Shown in pieces: positions 1 to 7,902 of a DNA stretch of 64,000 bases. This DNA comes from Candidatus Micrarchaeota archaeon (lineage in GTDB: Archaea > Micrarchaeota > Micrarchaeia > Micrarchaeales > CABMGC01). Under the pieces are notes generated by a model. That model saw only the letters and a program-made list of their open reading frames with translations. It did not search any database and was not told where the DNA came from. The stretch lies in contig JAJYVH010000001.1 of assembly GCA_021792095.1 (NCBI GenBank), forward strand, positions 225,584-289,583. Direction: 5' to 3'. Both the position numbers and the translations under genes were made by a program. How positions within the stretch are numbered: the stretch's first letter is position 1; each line of letters starts with the position of its first letter.

Positions 1-1551
1 AAGTATCTTGTCGAAACGGCCGGGGCGCATGAGCGCAGGGTCGAGGAGTTGCGGCACGTTGGTGGCGCCAACTATCACCACATCGGATATCGTCTTGAAG
101 CCGTCCATCTCGCTGAGCAGCGTCGTTATGAGCTCCCTGCCGCTCTGGCTCTCCTGCATCTCCCTCTTGCCTGCTATGCTGTCTATCTCGTCGAAGAAGA
201 GTATGCACGGGGTGTGCTTCTTGGCGGTCGCAAATATCTTCGACAGGGTGCTTGCGCTCTCCCCTGGGTACGGTGATATCAGCGACGACGTGGACACGTA
301 GTAGAAGGCAGCGCGGATGTCGTTGGCCAGAGCCCTCATTATCAGCGTCTTGCCTGTTCCCGGGGGGCCGAAGAGCAGCAGCCCCTTTGCCGGGCTCACG
401 TTGTACGCCCCTGCAATCTCCCTGTGCTCGATAGGGGCGAGTATCGCCTCCTTGAGCTCGCGCTTCGTGCCCTCGTAGTTCACCACATCGTCAAGGGTCT
501 CCGAGGTGCCTCTTGTAATGTCCTCGAAAGCTACGCCGAACTTGCCGAGTATGTCCTGCTTCATAACGTCAAGGGCCTGCACCACGTCCACATCCGATGC
601 CTCGAGCACGAACAGGAATATTGGCGTCGCTACGAAGCTCACCACCACCATGAAATTTATGCCCGAGTGGTTCAGCAGGGAGAAGAAGAGGTAGGAGAGC
701 ACGAGCAGCGCGCCGAGCAGGCTCGACAGCGTGCCCTTGTACGCGTGCCTGCTCCTTATTGCGTAGCTGCTCATAGTGAAGGCCACGAAGAGCCAGACGA
801 GCAGCTGCAACACAGTGTACTGTACCTTGTACGCCAGCGCAACTGCGGCATAGTAGAACGCGCTGAAGAGGTTATCCACGGCCTCGCCGCTGAAGAATCC
901 GGCAAAGGCGCTGCTCCAGGCGCTGCCGAAACTGCCGAGCGTGGTTGGCGGGCTCGCGGCGGTCAGGTCGTTGACAAACGGGAGGCTGCTGAGCAACGCG
1001 TGCCCTTGCAATGGGCTGAACACGAACGGGCCGGAGACGGGCAGGTTCGCCATAGTGGATACTATGGCCACCACCACAAGCGCTACTGCGCCTATCCCGG
1101 CGCTCCTCTTGAAGCCGAGCGTCAGCACAGCGAAGACAAGGGCCGGCAGCTCCAGGTAAGCGCCCAGGTACGACAGCGGCAACACGCTCAGGGCCACGCC
1201 ATAGGAGATCGTCCTGTAATTCTTGTAGCCAAGGAACAGCGACGCGCTTATCGCCAGGGTGGCGATCCAGGCGAGGAGCGGCGCCTGGTATATTATCATG
1301 GGCAGCGCGAGCAGCAGCAGGGCCATAAGGCCGAGCAGAGGCTGGAGGAACGTGAAGGCGAAGACCACGGCTATGAGTATTATGAACAAAGGCAGGGGGT
1401 AGAACTGGAAGGCGATGCCCATGCTTATGAAGGCGAAGCTCGTGGCGAGCGAGTCGTGGAAATTGCGGTTGCTGACAAGCTGCTTCGCGTAATCCTTGAG
1501 CGCGTATAGCGAAAGCGGCGTAATCCTGCGCCCGAAACCGGCTAATCCCAA
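1..1551 (-). CDS. AAA+ ATPase with N-terminal polytopic membrane domain (C-terminus runs off the window; start uncertain)
   Basis: Absent from the ORF track because there is no stop in the window. Reverse translation of 1-420 reads GLLLFGPPGTGKTLIMRALANDIRAAFYYVSTSSLISPYPGESASTLSKIFATAKKHTPCILFFDEIDSIAGKR...VIVGATNVPQLLDPALMRPGRFDKIL (Walker A, Walker B, SRH-like). Positions 700-1500 encode multiple hydrophobic helices. In-frame ATG at 1422, TTG at 1551, upstream stop at 1636-1638. The + ORF 424..1509 is its antisense shadow. Confidence 0.75.
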   Translation of the reverse strand, partial: MGLAGFGRRITPLSLYALKDYAKQLVSNRNFHDSLATSFAFISMGIAFQFYPLPLFIILIAVVFAFTFLQPLLGLMALLLLALPMIIYQAPLLAWIATLAISASLFLGYKNYRTISYGVALSVLPLSYLGAYLELPALVFAVLTLGFKRSAGIGAVALVVVAIVSTMANLPVSGPFVFSPLQGHALLSSLPFVNDLTAASPPTTLGSFGSAWSSAFAGFFSGEAVDNLFSAFYYAAVALAYKVQYTVLQLLVWLFVAFTMSSYAIRSRHAYKGTLSSLLGALLVLSYLFFSLLNHSGINFMVVVSFVATPIFLFVLEASDVDVVQALDVMKQDILGKFGVAFEDITRGTSETLDDVVNYEGTKRELKEAILAPIEHREIAGAYNVSPAKGLLLFGPPGTGKTLIMRALANDIRAAFYYVSTSSLISPYPGESASTLSKIFATAKKHTPCILFFDEIDSIAGKREMQESQSGRELITTLLSEMDGFKTISDVVIVGATNVPQLLDPALMRPGRFDKIL

Positions 1552-1636
1552 TCCCTTCTTCGGCAAAGCCAATACACCCGTGGGCAGGCCCGGGCTCGCT
1601 CCCGGCCGTCGCCTACAGTTAACTAAACCCAATATC

Positions 1637-1644
1637 TATTAATA
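1637..1644 (+). promoter_or_regulatory. TATA-like box (TATTAATA) about 27 nt upstream of the tRNA-Tyr 5' end
   Basis: AT-rich octamer at the spacing expected for an archaeal TATA box. The same spacing recurs at the other tRNAs and at many CDS starts in this window. Confidence 0.45.
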
Positions 1645-1668
1645 TTCCTAACAGGTATGATAATGGCT

Positions 1669-1765
1669 CCCGCAGTAGCTCAATGGTAGAGCGCTCGCCT
1701 GTAGTTTGATACTGACGCACGAGTCAGAAAGCGAGATGTTGCTGGTTCGACTCCGGCCTGCGGGA
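1669..1765 (+). tRNA. tRNA-Tyr (GUA) with a 25-nt intron 3' of position 37
   Basis: Cloverleaf read by eye: acceptor CCCGCAG/CTGCGGG, D arm GCTC-AATGGTA-GAGC, anticodon stem CTCGC/GCGAG, loop CT-GTA-G, T arm GCTGG-TTCGACT-CCGGC, discriminator A. The insert TTTGATACTGACGCACGAGTCAGAA contains the hairpin CTGAC/GTCAG. 72 nt after removal. No encoded CCA. Confidence 0.85.
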
Positions 1766-1768
1766 AAC

Positions 1769-1777
1769 TAATTTAAG
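1769..1777 (+). promoter_or_regulatory. TATA-like box (TAATTTAAG) about 27 nt upstream of tRNA-Asp
   Basis: AT-rich element between the two tRNAs at canonical spacing from position 1800. Confidence 0.4.
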
Positions 1778-1799
1778 CTGCAGGTAGAGAACATAATAC

Positions 1800-1872
1800 G
1801 CCTTGGTAGTGTAGTGGTCTAGCATACGAGCCTGTCACGCTTGTGACCCGGGTTCGAATCCCGGCCAAGGCG
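1800..1872 (+). tRNA. tRNA-Asp (GUC)
   Basis: Acceptor GCCTTGG/CCAAGGC, anticodon stem CGAGC/GCTTG, loop CT-GTC-AC, T arm CCGGG-TTCGAAT-CCCGG, discriminator G. 73 nt, no intron, no encoded CCA. Confidence 0.9.
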
Positions 1873-1898
1873 CTTGCGGTTGCGCAAATGGTGGAATC

Positions 1899-2402
1899 TT
1901 GCTGAAAGAAAGTCTCCTAAGGGTCGGGGCGGTAAGATACGGGAGTTTTAAGCTAAGGTCCGGGGAGGTAAGCGACACTTATGTGGACATAAAAGGCGCC
2001 ATAACCAATCCTGAAACCCTGGAGGAAGTGTCGTCGCTGCTGGCGAAGAACGTATCCGCCCCTAAGATTGCGGGTGTGGAACTCGGAGCTGCGCTCCTCC
2101 TTCCTGCCGTGTCCGCAAAACTAAACCTGCCTTTCGTGGTGATCAGGAAGGAGCAAAGGGCCCACGGAATCGAGGATCGTTTCGTAGGCAAAGTGAATGC
2201 CGGCGAGAGTATTGACTTGATAGAGGACGTGGTAACCACAGGGGGCTCTGTGTTGGAGGGCGCAGCGCTGCTCAGGAAAGAAGGCGCTATAGTGACGAAA
2301 GTGATCTGCGTCGTGGACAGGGAACGCGGAGGCGCGGAGCTGCTTAAGGAGAACGGGATGCAGTTAATTAGTTTAGTAACGCTATCCGGCCTGAAACGGT
2401 AG
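1899..2402 (+). CDS. pyrE: orotate phosphoribosyltransferase
   Basis: 167 aa. PRPP-binding signature IDLIEDVVTTGGSVLEGA, and an N-terminus (GAVRYGSFKLRSGEVSDTYVDIK) typical of PyrE. TTG start. Confidence 0.85.
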   Translation: MLKESLLRVGAVRYGSFKLRSGEVSDTYVDIKGAITNPETLEEVSSLLAKNVSAPKIAGVELGAALLLPAVSAKLNLPFVVIRKEQRAHGIEDRFVGKVNAGESIDLIEDVVTTGGSVLEGAALLRKEGAIVTKVICVVDRERGGAELLKENGMQLISLVTLSGLKR

Positions 2403-2551
2403 AGACGCAAACAAAGCGTTCTTTTTACGGGGTGGACCAGCCGCTCCCGAAGGCGTTCGTTACTCGCTTCCATTCTTCTTTATGCAGATAAATCAGTTGT
2501 TTGCATCGCTTTAAAAGAGTTAAACTTTATATCGGCTTGAGGGTGGTTGGG

Positions 2552-3073
2552 ATGGCCGAGGAATCAAGCACAGGAAGCGGACCTGGCAGGAGGGCGTACG
2601 CCGATTTTGTTTCTTTGAACGGTCGCATGTCGCTCACCGTGAAGGACATAATGAACGCGCCAGCTGTCTCGGTCACCGAGAAGACCAACGTGCGCGCAGT
2701 GGCCAGGCTGATGAAGAAGCACAACGTAGACTCTGTGATCGTCGTGGATAAGCACGAGACGCCGATAGGCATAATCACCGAGGGCGACATAGTGCACAGG
2801 CTCGTGCCCAGCTGGCAGAGCAGATGGTTCATCAAGGCGAAGCACATAATGAGCAAGCCTGTGATCACGGTCCTGGCAGACATAACGCTGGCCGAGGCGG
2901 TGAAGAAGATGAACGAGCACAAGGTCAGGAAGCTCTGCGTTGTGGACGGCGAGAACAAGACCGTAGGCCTGCTGTCCGCCGGTGACATAACGGAGAGCGC
3001 GGGAGACATGATAAACATGCTCCAGGAAGTGATACGCACCATCGACGCCGAGGGCATAGCGCAGCGGTTCTGA
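2552..3073 (+). CDS. CBS domain pair protein
   Basis: Two CBS repeats (VKDIMNAPAVSVTEKTNVRAVARLMKKHNVDSVIVVD...GIITEGDI and AKHIMSKPVITVLADITLAEAVKKMNEHKVRKLCVVD...GLLSAGDI). ATG 2552 is preferred over the track start 2501 because TTTATAT at 2526-2532 lies inside the longer ORF. Confidence 0.75.
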   Translation: MAEESSTGSGPGRRAYADFVSLNGRMSLTVKDIMNAPAVSVTEKTNVRAVARLMKKHNVDSVIVVDKHETPIGIITEGDIVHRLVPSWQSRWFIKAKHIMSKPVITVLADITLAEAVKKMNEHKVRKLCVVDGENKTVGLLSAGDITESAGDMINMLQEVIRTIDAEGIAQRF

Positions 3074-3075
3074 GC

Positions 3076-4491
3076 CTAGGCCGCGAAAGGCGCCAGGAGC
3101 ACTCCGGGAAGGATGCCCAGCACTATGGTCGACGCCGCAAGGAACAGCATGGCCGCAAGTATGGCCCTGCCCGGGTAGGCGAACGGCGACGTTCCCTTGG
3201 AGGAGTTCATTATCGAGCGCTCGATTATCCAGAAGAGCACAGCGCCCATTATCAGCACCGCCGCCAGCGGCACGACCCCGAACCTCCCGAACGCGTGCAC
3301 GGCGCCTGAGAACACCAGCAACTCCCCCACGAAGCCGGCCGTTAGCGGTATGCCTATGGTCGCGAACGAGCCGAAAATGAACGAATAGGCGAGCACAGGA
3401 GTGTTCCTTATCGCTCCCTTGAGCTTCGATATCAGCAGCGTGCCGTAGGCTTCGTCAAGCGCGCCGGCTACAAGGAAGAGCAGCGAGATTGCTATGCCGT
3501 GGCTCAGCATCAGGTACAGGCCGCCCTGCACGCCCAGAGTGCCTATCGCCGCTATCCCGAACGACGCTATGCCCATGTCCAGCATGCTCGCGTATGCTAT
3601 CGTGCGCTTGATGTGCACCTGCTTGACGGCGACAAGCGCGCTGTAGAGCGCCGAGAAGCCGAGCAGCGCGGCTATGTATATCGAGTAATCCGACGCCACG
3701 GGCAGCATCAGGAACATGAGCAGCAGGCCGTAGCCGCCGAACTTCGGCAGTATGCCCGCCAGCACCATGCTGCCTGTGGTTGGCGCCTCGGTGTACGCGT
3801 CTGCCATCCAGCCATGGAACGGGAACACGGGCAGCTTGATAAGGAACGCGAGCAGCAGCAGGGCCAGCGCGAGCACCTGCGTCCCCGCGGGTATGGAGAG
3901 CGATTGGGAGAGTATGCCAGCTATGCTGAACGTGTTCGGCGCCGTGCCCGAGTACACAACCATGACGCCTATCAGCAGCGCCAGGCTGGCCGCTATCGAG
4001 TAAACCAGGAACTTCATCGCAGCGTAGCGCCTGTCGTAGCCTCCGAATATGTATATCATGAAGAACATGGAGACTTCGCTGAGCTCGAAGAACAGGTAGA
4101 AGAAGACAAGATTGCCGGAAAGGAACAGGCCGAAAGCGGAACCGGCGACGAGCAGGAAGAGCGTGTTGTAGATCCTGCGCGACTCCTTTATGAAACTGCC
4201 AGCCGCCATGGCCGACGCGAGCAGCACTACGGCCGACATCACCACGAATATGTCGCTGTACTGGGTCAGCGAGAAGACCAGGCTTATGCCCAGGCTGCTA
4301 ATGTACGGAAGCGTGAACGAGAGTTGAGCGAACCCCTGGCCCAGGCCCGAGGCGACGGCGGCTAGCGCGAGCGCCGAAGCGAGCAGCGTTGCCGCGAGGA
4401 CCACATTGAACGAATGGCGCTCGGGCACCAGGAAGAGCGCTATTATCGAGAGGAACGGCACGAAGACGACTAGCGCAAGGAGAGGGATCAT
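3076..4491 (-). CDS. proton-conducting membrane transporter, NuoM/ND4 or MrpD-like antiporter subunit
   Basis: 471 aa polytopic membrane protein with the NuoL/M/N-MrpA/D family core FPFHGWMADAYTEAPTTGSMVLAGILPKFGGYGLL. No other complex I or Mrp genes are adjacent. Confidence 0.75.
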   Translation of the reverse strand: MIPLLALVVFVPFLSIIALFLVPERHSFNVVLAATLLASALALAAVASGLGQGFAQLSFTLPYISSLGISLVFSLTQYSDIFVVMSAVVLLASAMAAGSFIKESRRIYNTLFLLVAGSAFGLFLSGNLVFFYLFFELSEVSMFFMIYIFGGYDRRYAAMKFLVYSIAASLALLIGVMVVYSGTAPNTFSIAGILSQSLSIPAGTQVLALALLLLAFLIKLPVFPFHGWMADAYTEAPTTGSMVLAGILPKFGGYGLLLMFLMLPVASDYSIYIAALLGFSALYSALVAVKQVHIKRTIAYASMLDMGIASFGIAAIGTLGVQGGLYLMLSHGIAISLLFLVAGALDEAYGTLLISKLKGAIRNTPVLAYSFIFGSFATIGIPLTAGFVGELLVFSGAVHAFGRFGVVPLAAVLIMGAVLFWIIERSIMNSSKGTSPFAYPGRAILAAMLFLAASTIVLGILPGVLLAPFAA

Positions 4492-4562
4492 CTGCCCAAC
4501 TTGAGCAGGGATAGGGTTTGCACTTATTTAAAATGTGCTGCGCGCTGCGCCGAGGCGTGCGC

Positions 4563-4871
4563 TCAGTAGACCACGTCTATGCTGTCAGCCGGGAAGCCGA
4601 GCGTGACAAGCTCCTTCTTCGCGGCGTCGAGGTGGTCGCCCTGCAGCTCTATCATGCCGTTCTTGTAGGAGCCGCCGCAGGCGAGCCTGTTCTTGAGCTC
4701 CTTGGCAGTCCGCTCGAGCTCGTCGCCACCCAGGCCTTCGACTATGGTTATGAACTTCCTGAACTTGGCCTTTGCCTTGTATATCTTTATGTGGCCGGTG
4801 GACTCCCTGTCCAGTATGTCGCATACGCAGAGTTCCTTCGGCAGACCGCACTTTGGACACATCTCGGGCAT
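4563..4871 (-). CDS. sui1: translation initiation factor SUI1 (aIF1)
   Basis: 102 aa. N-terminal Zn knuckle CPKCGLPKELCVC followed by the SUI1 fold sequence IKIYKAKAKFRKFITIVEGLG...LKNRLACGGSYKNGMIELQGDH. Confidence 0.85.
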   Translation of the reverse strand: MPEMCPKCGLPKELCVCDILDRESTGHIKIYKAKAKFRKFITIVEGLGGDELERTAKELKNRLACGGSYKNGMIELQGDHLDAAKKELVTLGFPADSIDVVY

Positions 4872-5092
4872 TAGTTGCTGACACCTTTCTCCTTCAGGAG
4901 AGTGAGAATCTGCGCTACGGTCCTGCGCATCTCCTTCACCTTGACCTTCTTGCCCTGCACGCCGGTGGCCGCCACCTTCCTCTTCTCCACGCTGAGATCG
5001 AACTGCAGCTGCTGAAGTCTGCTCTTCAGCATATCGGCACTCATGCTCCTTAGATCCTTGATGCGCATTACGATACCCTTTTGCATTCCCAT
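4871..5092 (-). CDS. rpl29: 50S ribosomal protein L29 (uL29)
   Basis: 73 aa, MRIKDLRSMSADMLKSRLQQLQFDLSVEKRK...MRRTVAQILTLL pattern. Sits in the conserved position after S3. The real start may be the internal ATG at 5068. Confidence 0.85.
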   Translation of the reverse strand: MGMQKGIVMRIKDLRSMSADMLKSRLQQLQFDLSVEKRKVAATGVQGKKVKVKEMRRTVAQILTLLKEKGVSN

Positions 5093-5099
5093 ATATTTA

Positions 5100-5816
5100 T
5101 TACTTTGCGGTCTCTGGCTCCTTGGGCGCGTCGGCCTTCTGTGCTTCCTGCCTGGGCGCTTCGGGCGCCGGAGTCACGGGCTCTACGGCCTGCACTACTG
5201 CTGCCGCTTCCTTAGGCATGCCGTTCGCCTTGGGCTTGGGGCTCGGGAACACAGTGCCCGGCTGAACTATCCTCACCACTACCCCGATGGCGCCGTACTT
5301 GGGATACGATGCCACGTGCGCCTCGTCCACGAGCTTGACCACGTCGCCGGCCTTCGGTATGTAGCCAGACCTTACCTTGATCTGCTTCGCCTTTGCTCCC
5401 TTCGCTGCGAGCTTGCCAGTGGCTATTATCTCGGCACCCATGGCCCCGTTCTCCAGTATCGACCTGAGCGTGGAGTGCATAAGGCCCCTCGCGTTCGCGC
5501 CGCGCTCCAGCGCATCTGCTATGTGCCGGGCCACCAGCCTGGGCTCGAGCATCTCGTTCCTAACCTCGGCCACGCTTATCTGCGGGTTATCGACGTGGAA
5601 CTTGTTCTTTATGTCCTGCGTTATCGCGTCTATGGTCTGCCCTCCCCTGCCTATGACCCTGCCAGGGTTGAGCACGTAAACTGTAATCCTGGTTATCACC
5701 GGCGTCTTCTGTATGTCTATCCTAGAGAAGCCAGCCCTGACCAGGGCCTTCTCCAAGTACTTCGATATCTCGTGCTTCACGAGGGCATCTTCTATGAACT
5801 TCTTCTCGACTACCAT
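5100..5816 (-). CDS. rps3: 30S ribosomal protein S3 (uS3), with a Pro/Ala/Glu/Lys-rich C-terminal tail
   Basis: KH and S3-C sequence (VLNPGRVIGRGGQTIDAITQDIKNKF..., RHIADALERGANARG, GAEIIATGKL). Start placed at MVVEKKF (ATG 5816). The upstream part of track ORF 5100..5993 overlaps the L22 tail and is R/K junk. Confidence 0.9.
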   Translation of the reverse strand: MVVEKKFIEDALVKHEISKYLEKALVRAGFSRIDIQKTPVITRITVYVLNPGRVIGRGGQTIDAITQDIKNKFHVDNPQISVAEVRNEMLEPRLVARHIADALERGANARGLMHSTLRSILENGAMGAEIIATGKLAAKGAKAKQIKVRSGYIPKAGDVVKLVDEAHVASYPKYGAIGVVVRIVQPGTVFPSPKPKANGMPKEAAAVVQAVEPVTPAPEAPRQEAQKADAPKEPETAK

Positions 5817-5820
5817 CCGT

Positions 5821-6525
5821 TCACTTCGTTTGCGCCTGCACCTCCTGCGCCTTGGCCTCCTGCTTCGCTTCCTGCCTCTTTTCCTGCGCCTCCTGTCTCT
5901 TTTCCTGCTTCCCTTGCTTCCCCTGTTTCTCCTGCTTCTTCTTTTGGGCATCGGCCCTTGCCGCTGGCTTCTTGGCAGGTTCCTTTGGAGCAATCCTTTC
6001 CTTAAACCTTATGCCTTTGCGCATACTTTCGGTAAGCTGCTCGAGCTCCTTGCTGGCCACGCCTATCTCCACCTTCGCGTACTCGAGGTCGCTGTGCACC
6101 CTGGCCGGGAAGCCGTACCTGCCCCTGCCCCACGAGAGCGAGCCCTTAGATGGGTTGCGCCTCTCTATGTGCGTCTTGTTGGCTGACGCGTGCACCACGT
6201 AAAGCGCATCTGTGTCGAGGCCCTTGTTCGCTGCGTTGGCCATGGCGTTGAGCAGCACCTTCCTCGCCTCCCTAGCGGCCTTCACCGGATACGCGCCCTT
6301 CTTCCCGCCCAGCTCGTGCCTGGAGCCCAACCTCTTGTTGAACCTCTTGAACGGTATGGCGGTGCGCATGTCTGCAACGCGCTCCAGCAGCGCCACAGCG
6401 TCGTCCGCCTTCATGTAGCGTATCTCTCCGCAGACCTGCGTGAGGTCCTTGAAGCTCGCGTCTATGTCCTTTCCGTATGCCAGAGCTATGTCGTCCCTGC
6501 CTATGTTAATCGAGTATCTCAGCAT
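5821..6525 (-). CDS. rpl22: 50S ribosomal protein L22 (uL22), with a roughly 70-80 aa Lys/Gln/Glu-rich repetitive C-terminal tail
   Basis: L22 core MLRYSINIGRDDIALAYGKDIDASFKDLTQVCGEIRYM...YVVHASANKTHIERRNP. Start ATG 6525 overlaps the S19 stop by 1 nt. Tail ...KKKQEKQGKQGKQEKRQEAQEKRQEAKQEAKAQEVQAQTK. Confidence 0.9.
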   Translation of the reverse strand: MLRYSINIGRDDIALAYGKDIDASFKDLTQVCGEIRYMKADDAVALLERVADMRTAIPFKRFNKRLGSRHELGGKKGAYPVKAAREARKVLLNAMANAANKGLDTDALYVVHASANKTHIERRNPSKGSLSWGRGRYGFPARVHSDLEYAKVEIGVASKELEQLTESMRKGIRFKERIAPKEPAKKPAARADAQKKKQEKQGKQGKQEKRQEAQEKRQEAKQEAKAQEVQAQTK

Positions 6526-6917
6526 CACTTCACCGCCAGGAACTTGCTTCCCTTGGTCGCCCTTATACCGGGCGCGGAGTGCAGCACGCGCTTGGTCGTG
6601 TACGCGAACTCGCCGAGCCTGTGGCCCAGCATCTCGGGCGTTATGAGGAGCTCCTTGAAATCCTTGCCGTCGTGCACAGCGAACTTCATGCCTATCCATG
6701 CGGGCAGTATGACTGCCTGGCGGGCGTGCGTCCTTATCGTCTTGCCTGCGCCCTGGACCTTAGCCTTCTCTATCTTCTTGAGCAGCAGCCTGTATTCCAG
6801 CCCCATGCGCTTGATGGCTCGCCTCTGCCTGGAGTTGACCAGCTTCGCGAAGTTGTCTATGCTGAGCTTCTGCAGCTCCTCGACAGTCTTGCCCCTGAAC
6901 GTGAACACTCTTGGCAC
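6525..6917 (-). CDS. rps19: 30S ribosomal protein S19 (uS19)
   Basis: 130 aa. KTIRTHARQAVILPAWIGMKFAVHDGKDFKELLITPEMLGHRLGEF is the S19 signature region. Confidence 0.92.
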   Translation of the reverse strand: MPRVFTFRGKTVEELQKLSIDNFAKLVNSRQRRAIKRMGLEYRLLLKKIEKAKVQGAGKTIRTHARQAVILPAWIGMKFAVHDGKDFKELLITPEMLGHRLGEFAYTTKRVLHSAPGIRATKGSKFLAVK

Positions 6918-6918
6918 T

Positions 6919-7638
6919 CTAACCCCTCTTCTTCCTTCCGACGCGCCTCGCCGCTATGTGGCCGACCTTCCTTCCTGGCGGCGCGTTGCGCGACACCATG
7001 CTCGACTTGCCCTTGTGGTGCTGCTTGCCTCCGAATGGGTGGTCAACAGGGTTCGACTTAACACCCCTTATCTTGGGCCACATGGCGTTTATCGCATGAT
7101 GAATATAATGACTCTTGCCCGCCTTCATTATTGGCTGCGACTGGGCTCCGCCCCCTGCAACAACGCCTATCTGCGCCCTGCACCCAGGATTGAAGTCCAC
7201 CACCCTCTTCGAGGGCAGGAGCACAGAGACGGAGTTGGGCGAGTGCGCGACTACGGTAGCATAGTTGCCTGCCGCGCGCGCGAGCTTGCCGCCGTCGCCA
7301 GGCCTGACCTCGACATTGTACACGAGCATGCCGTCGGGTATGTCGCTCAGCTGGAGTATGCTGCCTATGCCCAGCGGCTGGGCATCGCCCTCGTGTATCC
7401 TTGAGCCCACCCTTATGCCCTCACTAGCCAGGAGATACGATTCGGTGTTGTTCTCGTAAAGCACCTTCATCAAAGGCGCGCTGTGGCCCGGGTCGTGCAG
7501 CAGCTCCACCACCTCCCCGGTGAGCCTCTCTCCCTGCTTCCTGTTCGTGAACATGACGTCGGCCTTGAACGTGTTGGGGGGCTTCATGAATGCGTTCGTG
7601 CCCCTTCCTCTCCTTTGCTGACGCAGGTTCTTGCCCAT
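6919..7638 (-). CDS. rpl2: 50S ribosomal protein L2 (uL2)
   Basis: 239 aa. ...VYNVEVRPGDGGKLARAAGNYATVVAH... and C-terminal HHKGKSSMVSRNAPPGRKVGHIAARRVGRKK. Confidence 0.93.
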   Translation of the reverse strand: MGKNLRQQRRGRGTNAFMKPPNTFKADVMFTNRKQGERLTGEVVELLHDPGHSAPLMKVLYENNTESYLLASEGIRVGSRIHEGDAQPLGIGSILQLSDIPDGMLVYNVEVRPGDGGKLARAAGNYATVVAHSPNSVSVLLPSKRVVDFNPGCRAQIGVVAGGGAQSQPIMKAGKSHYIHHAINAMWPKIRGVKSNPVDHPFGGKQHHKGKSSMVSRNAPPGRKVGHIAARRVGRKKRG

Positions 7639-7650
7639 TCTATTACCCTA

Positions 7651-7902
7651 TCACACCAGCTTCAGCTTCAGTGCTATGTCACTGGCCTTGAACTGCTTGT
7701 TGAGCGTTATGTATGCCCTCTTCCTGTTCCTCGGCTCGTTCATCACGTTGACCTTGTCCACCTTGACCTTGAATACTTCCTCAAATTCCTTCTTCACCTG
7801 GTCCCTGGTGGCCCGCGTGTCTACTATGTAAGTGATAACGTTGTTCCTCTCAATCATATTTATTGCTTTCTCCGTGGCCAGTGGGAACATCAGCGCATTC
7901 AT
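7651..7902 (-). CDS. rpl23: 50S ribosomal protein L23 (uL23)
   Basis: Start at MNALMFPLATEKAINMIERNNVITYIVDTRATRDQVKKEFEEVFKVKV (ATG 7902, ATGA overlap with the L4 stop). The upstream part of the track ORF is out-of-context R/G-rich sequence. Confidence 0.88.
   Translation of the reverse strand: MNALMFPLATEKAINMIERNNVITYIVDTRATRDQVKKEFEEVFKVKVDKVNVMNEPRNRKRAYITLNKQFKASDIALKLKLV

Noticed and set aside
424-1509. Long + strand ORF (361 aa), and similar ones at 3499..4365, 5043..6005, 6190..7404, 7483..8517, 8971..9666, 13640..14347, 30991..32214, 32168..33196, 41391..42404, 42562..43338 and others.
   Set aside because: Their translations are His/Arg/Glu/Tyr/Val-rich low-complexity strings with no motifs. 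Each lies exactly antisense or out of frame to a gene with strong family signatures, so they are shadow ORFs typical of high-GC DNA.
5825-5960. Tandem roughly 21-nt nucleotide repeats that could be mistaken for a mini-array or satellite.
   Set aside because: They lie within the L22 reading frame and encode the repetitive Lys/Gln/Glu tail. There is no spacer/repeat architecture and no CRISPR-like features anywhere in the window.
4563-6527. Idea that TGA is reassigned (to Trp) genome-wide, prompted by the Nudix in-frame TGA and the TGA in front of aIF2-alpha.
   Set aside because: SUI1 (stop 4563-4565), L22 (5821-5823), S19 (6525-6527) and L4 (7899-7901) all end at TGA at their natural, family-typical C-termini. 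Read-through would add unrelated tails or run into the next gene in the wrong frame.
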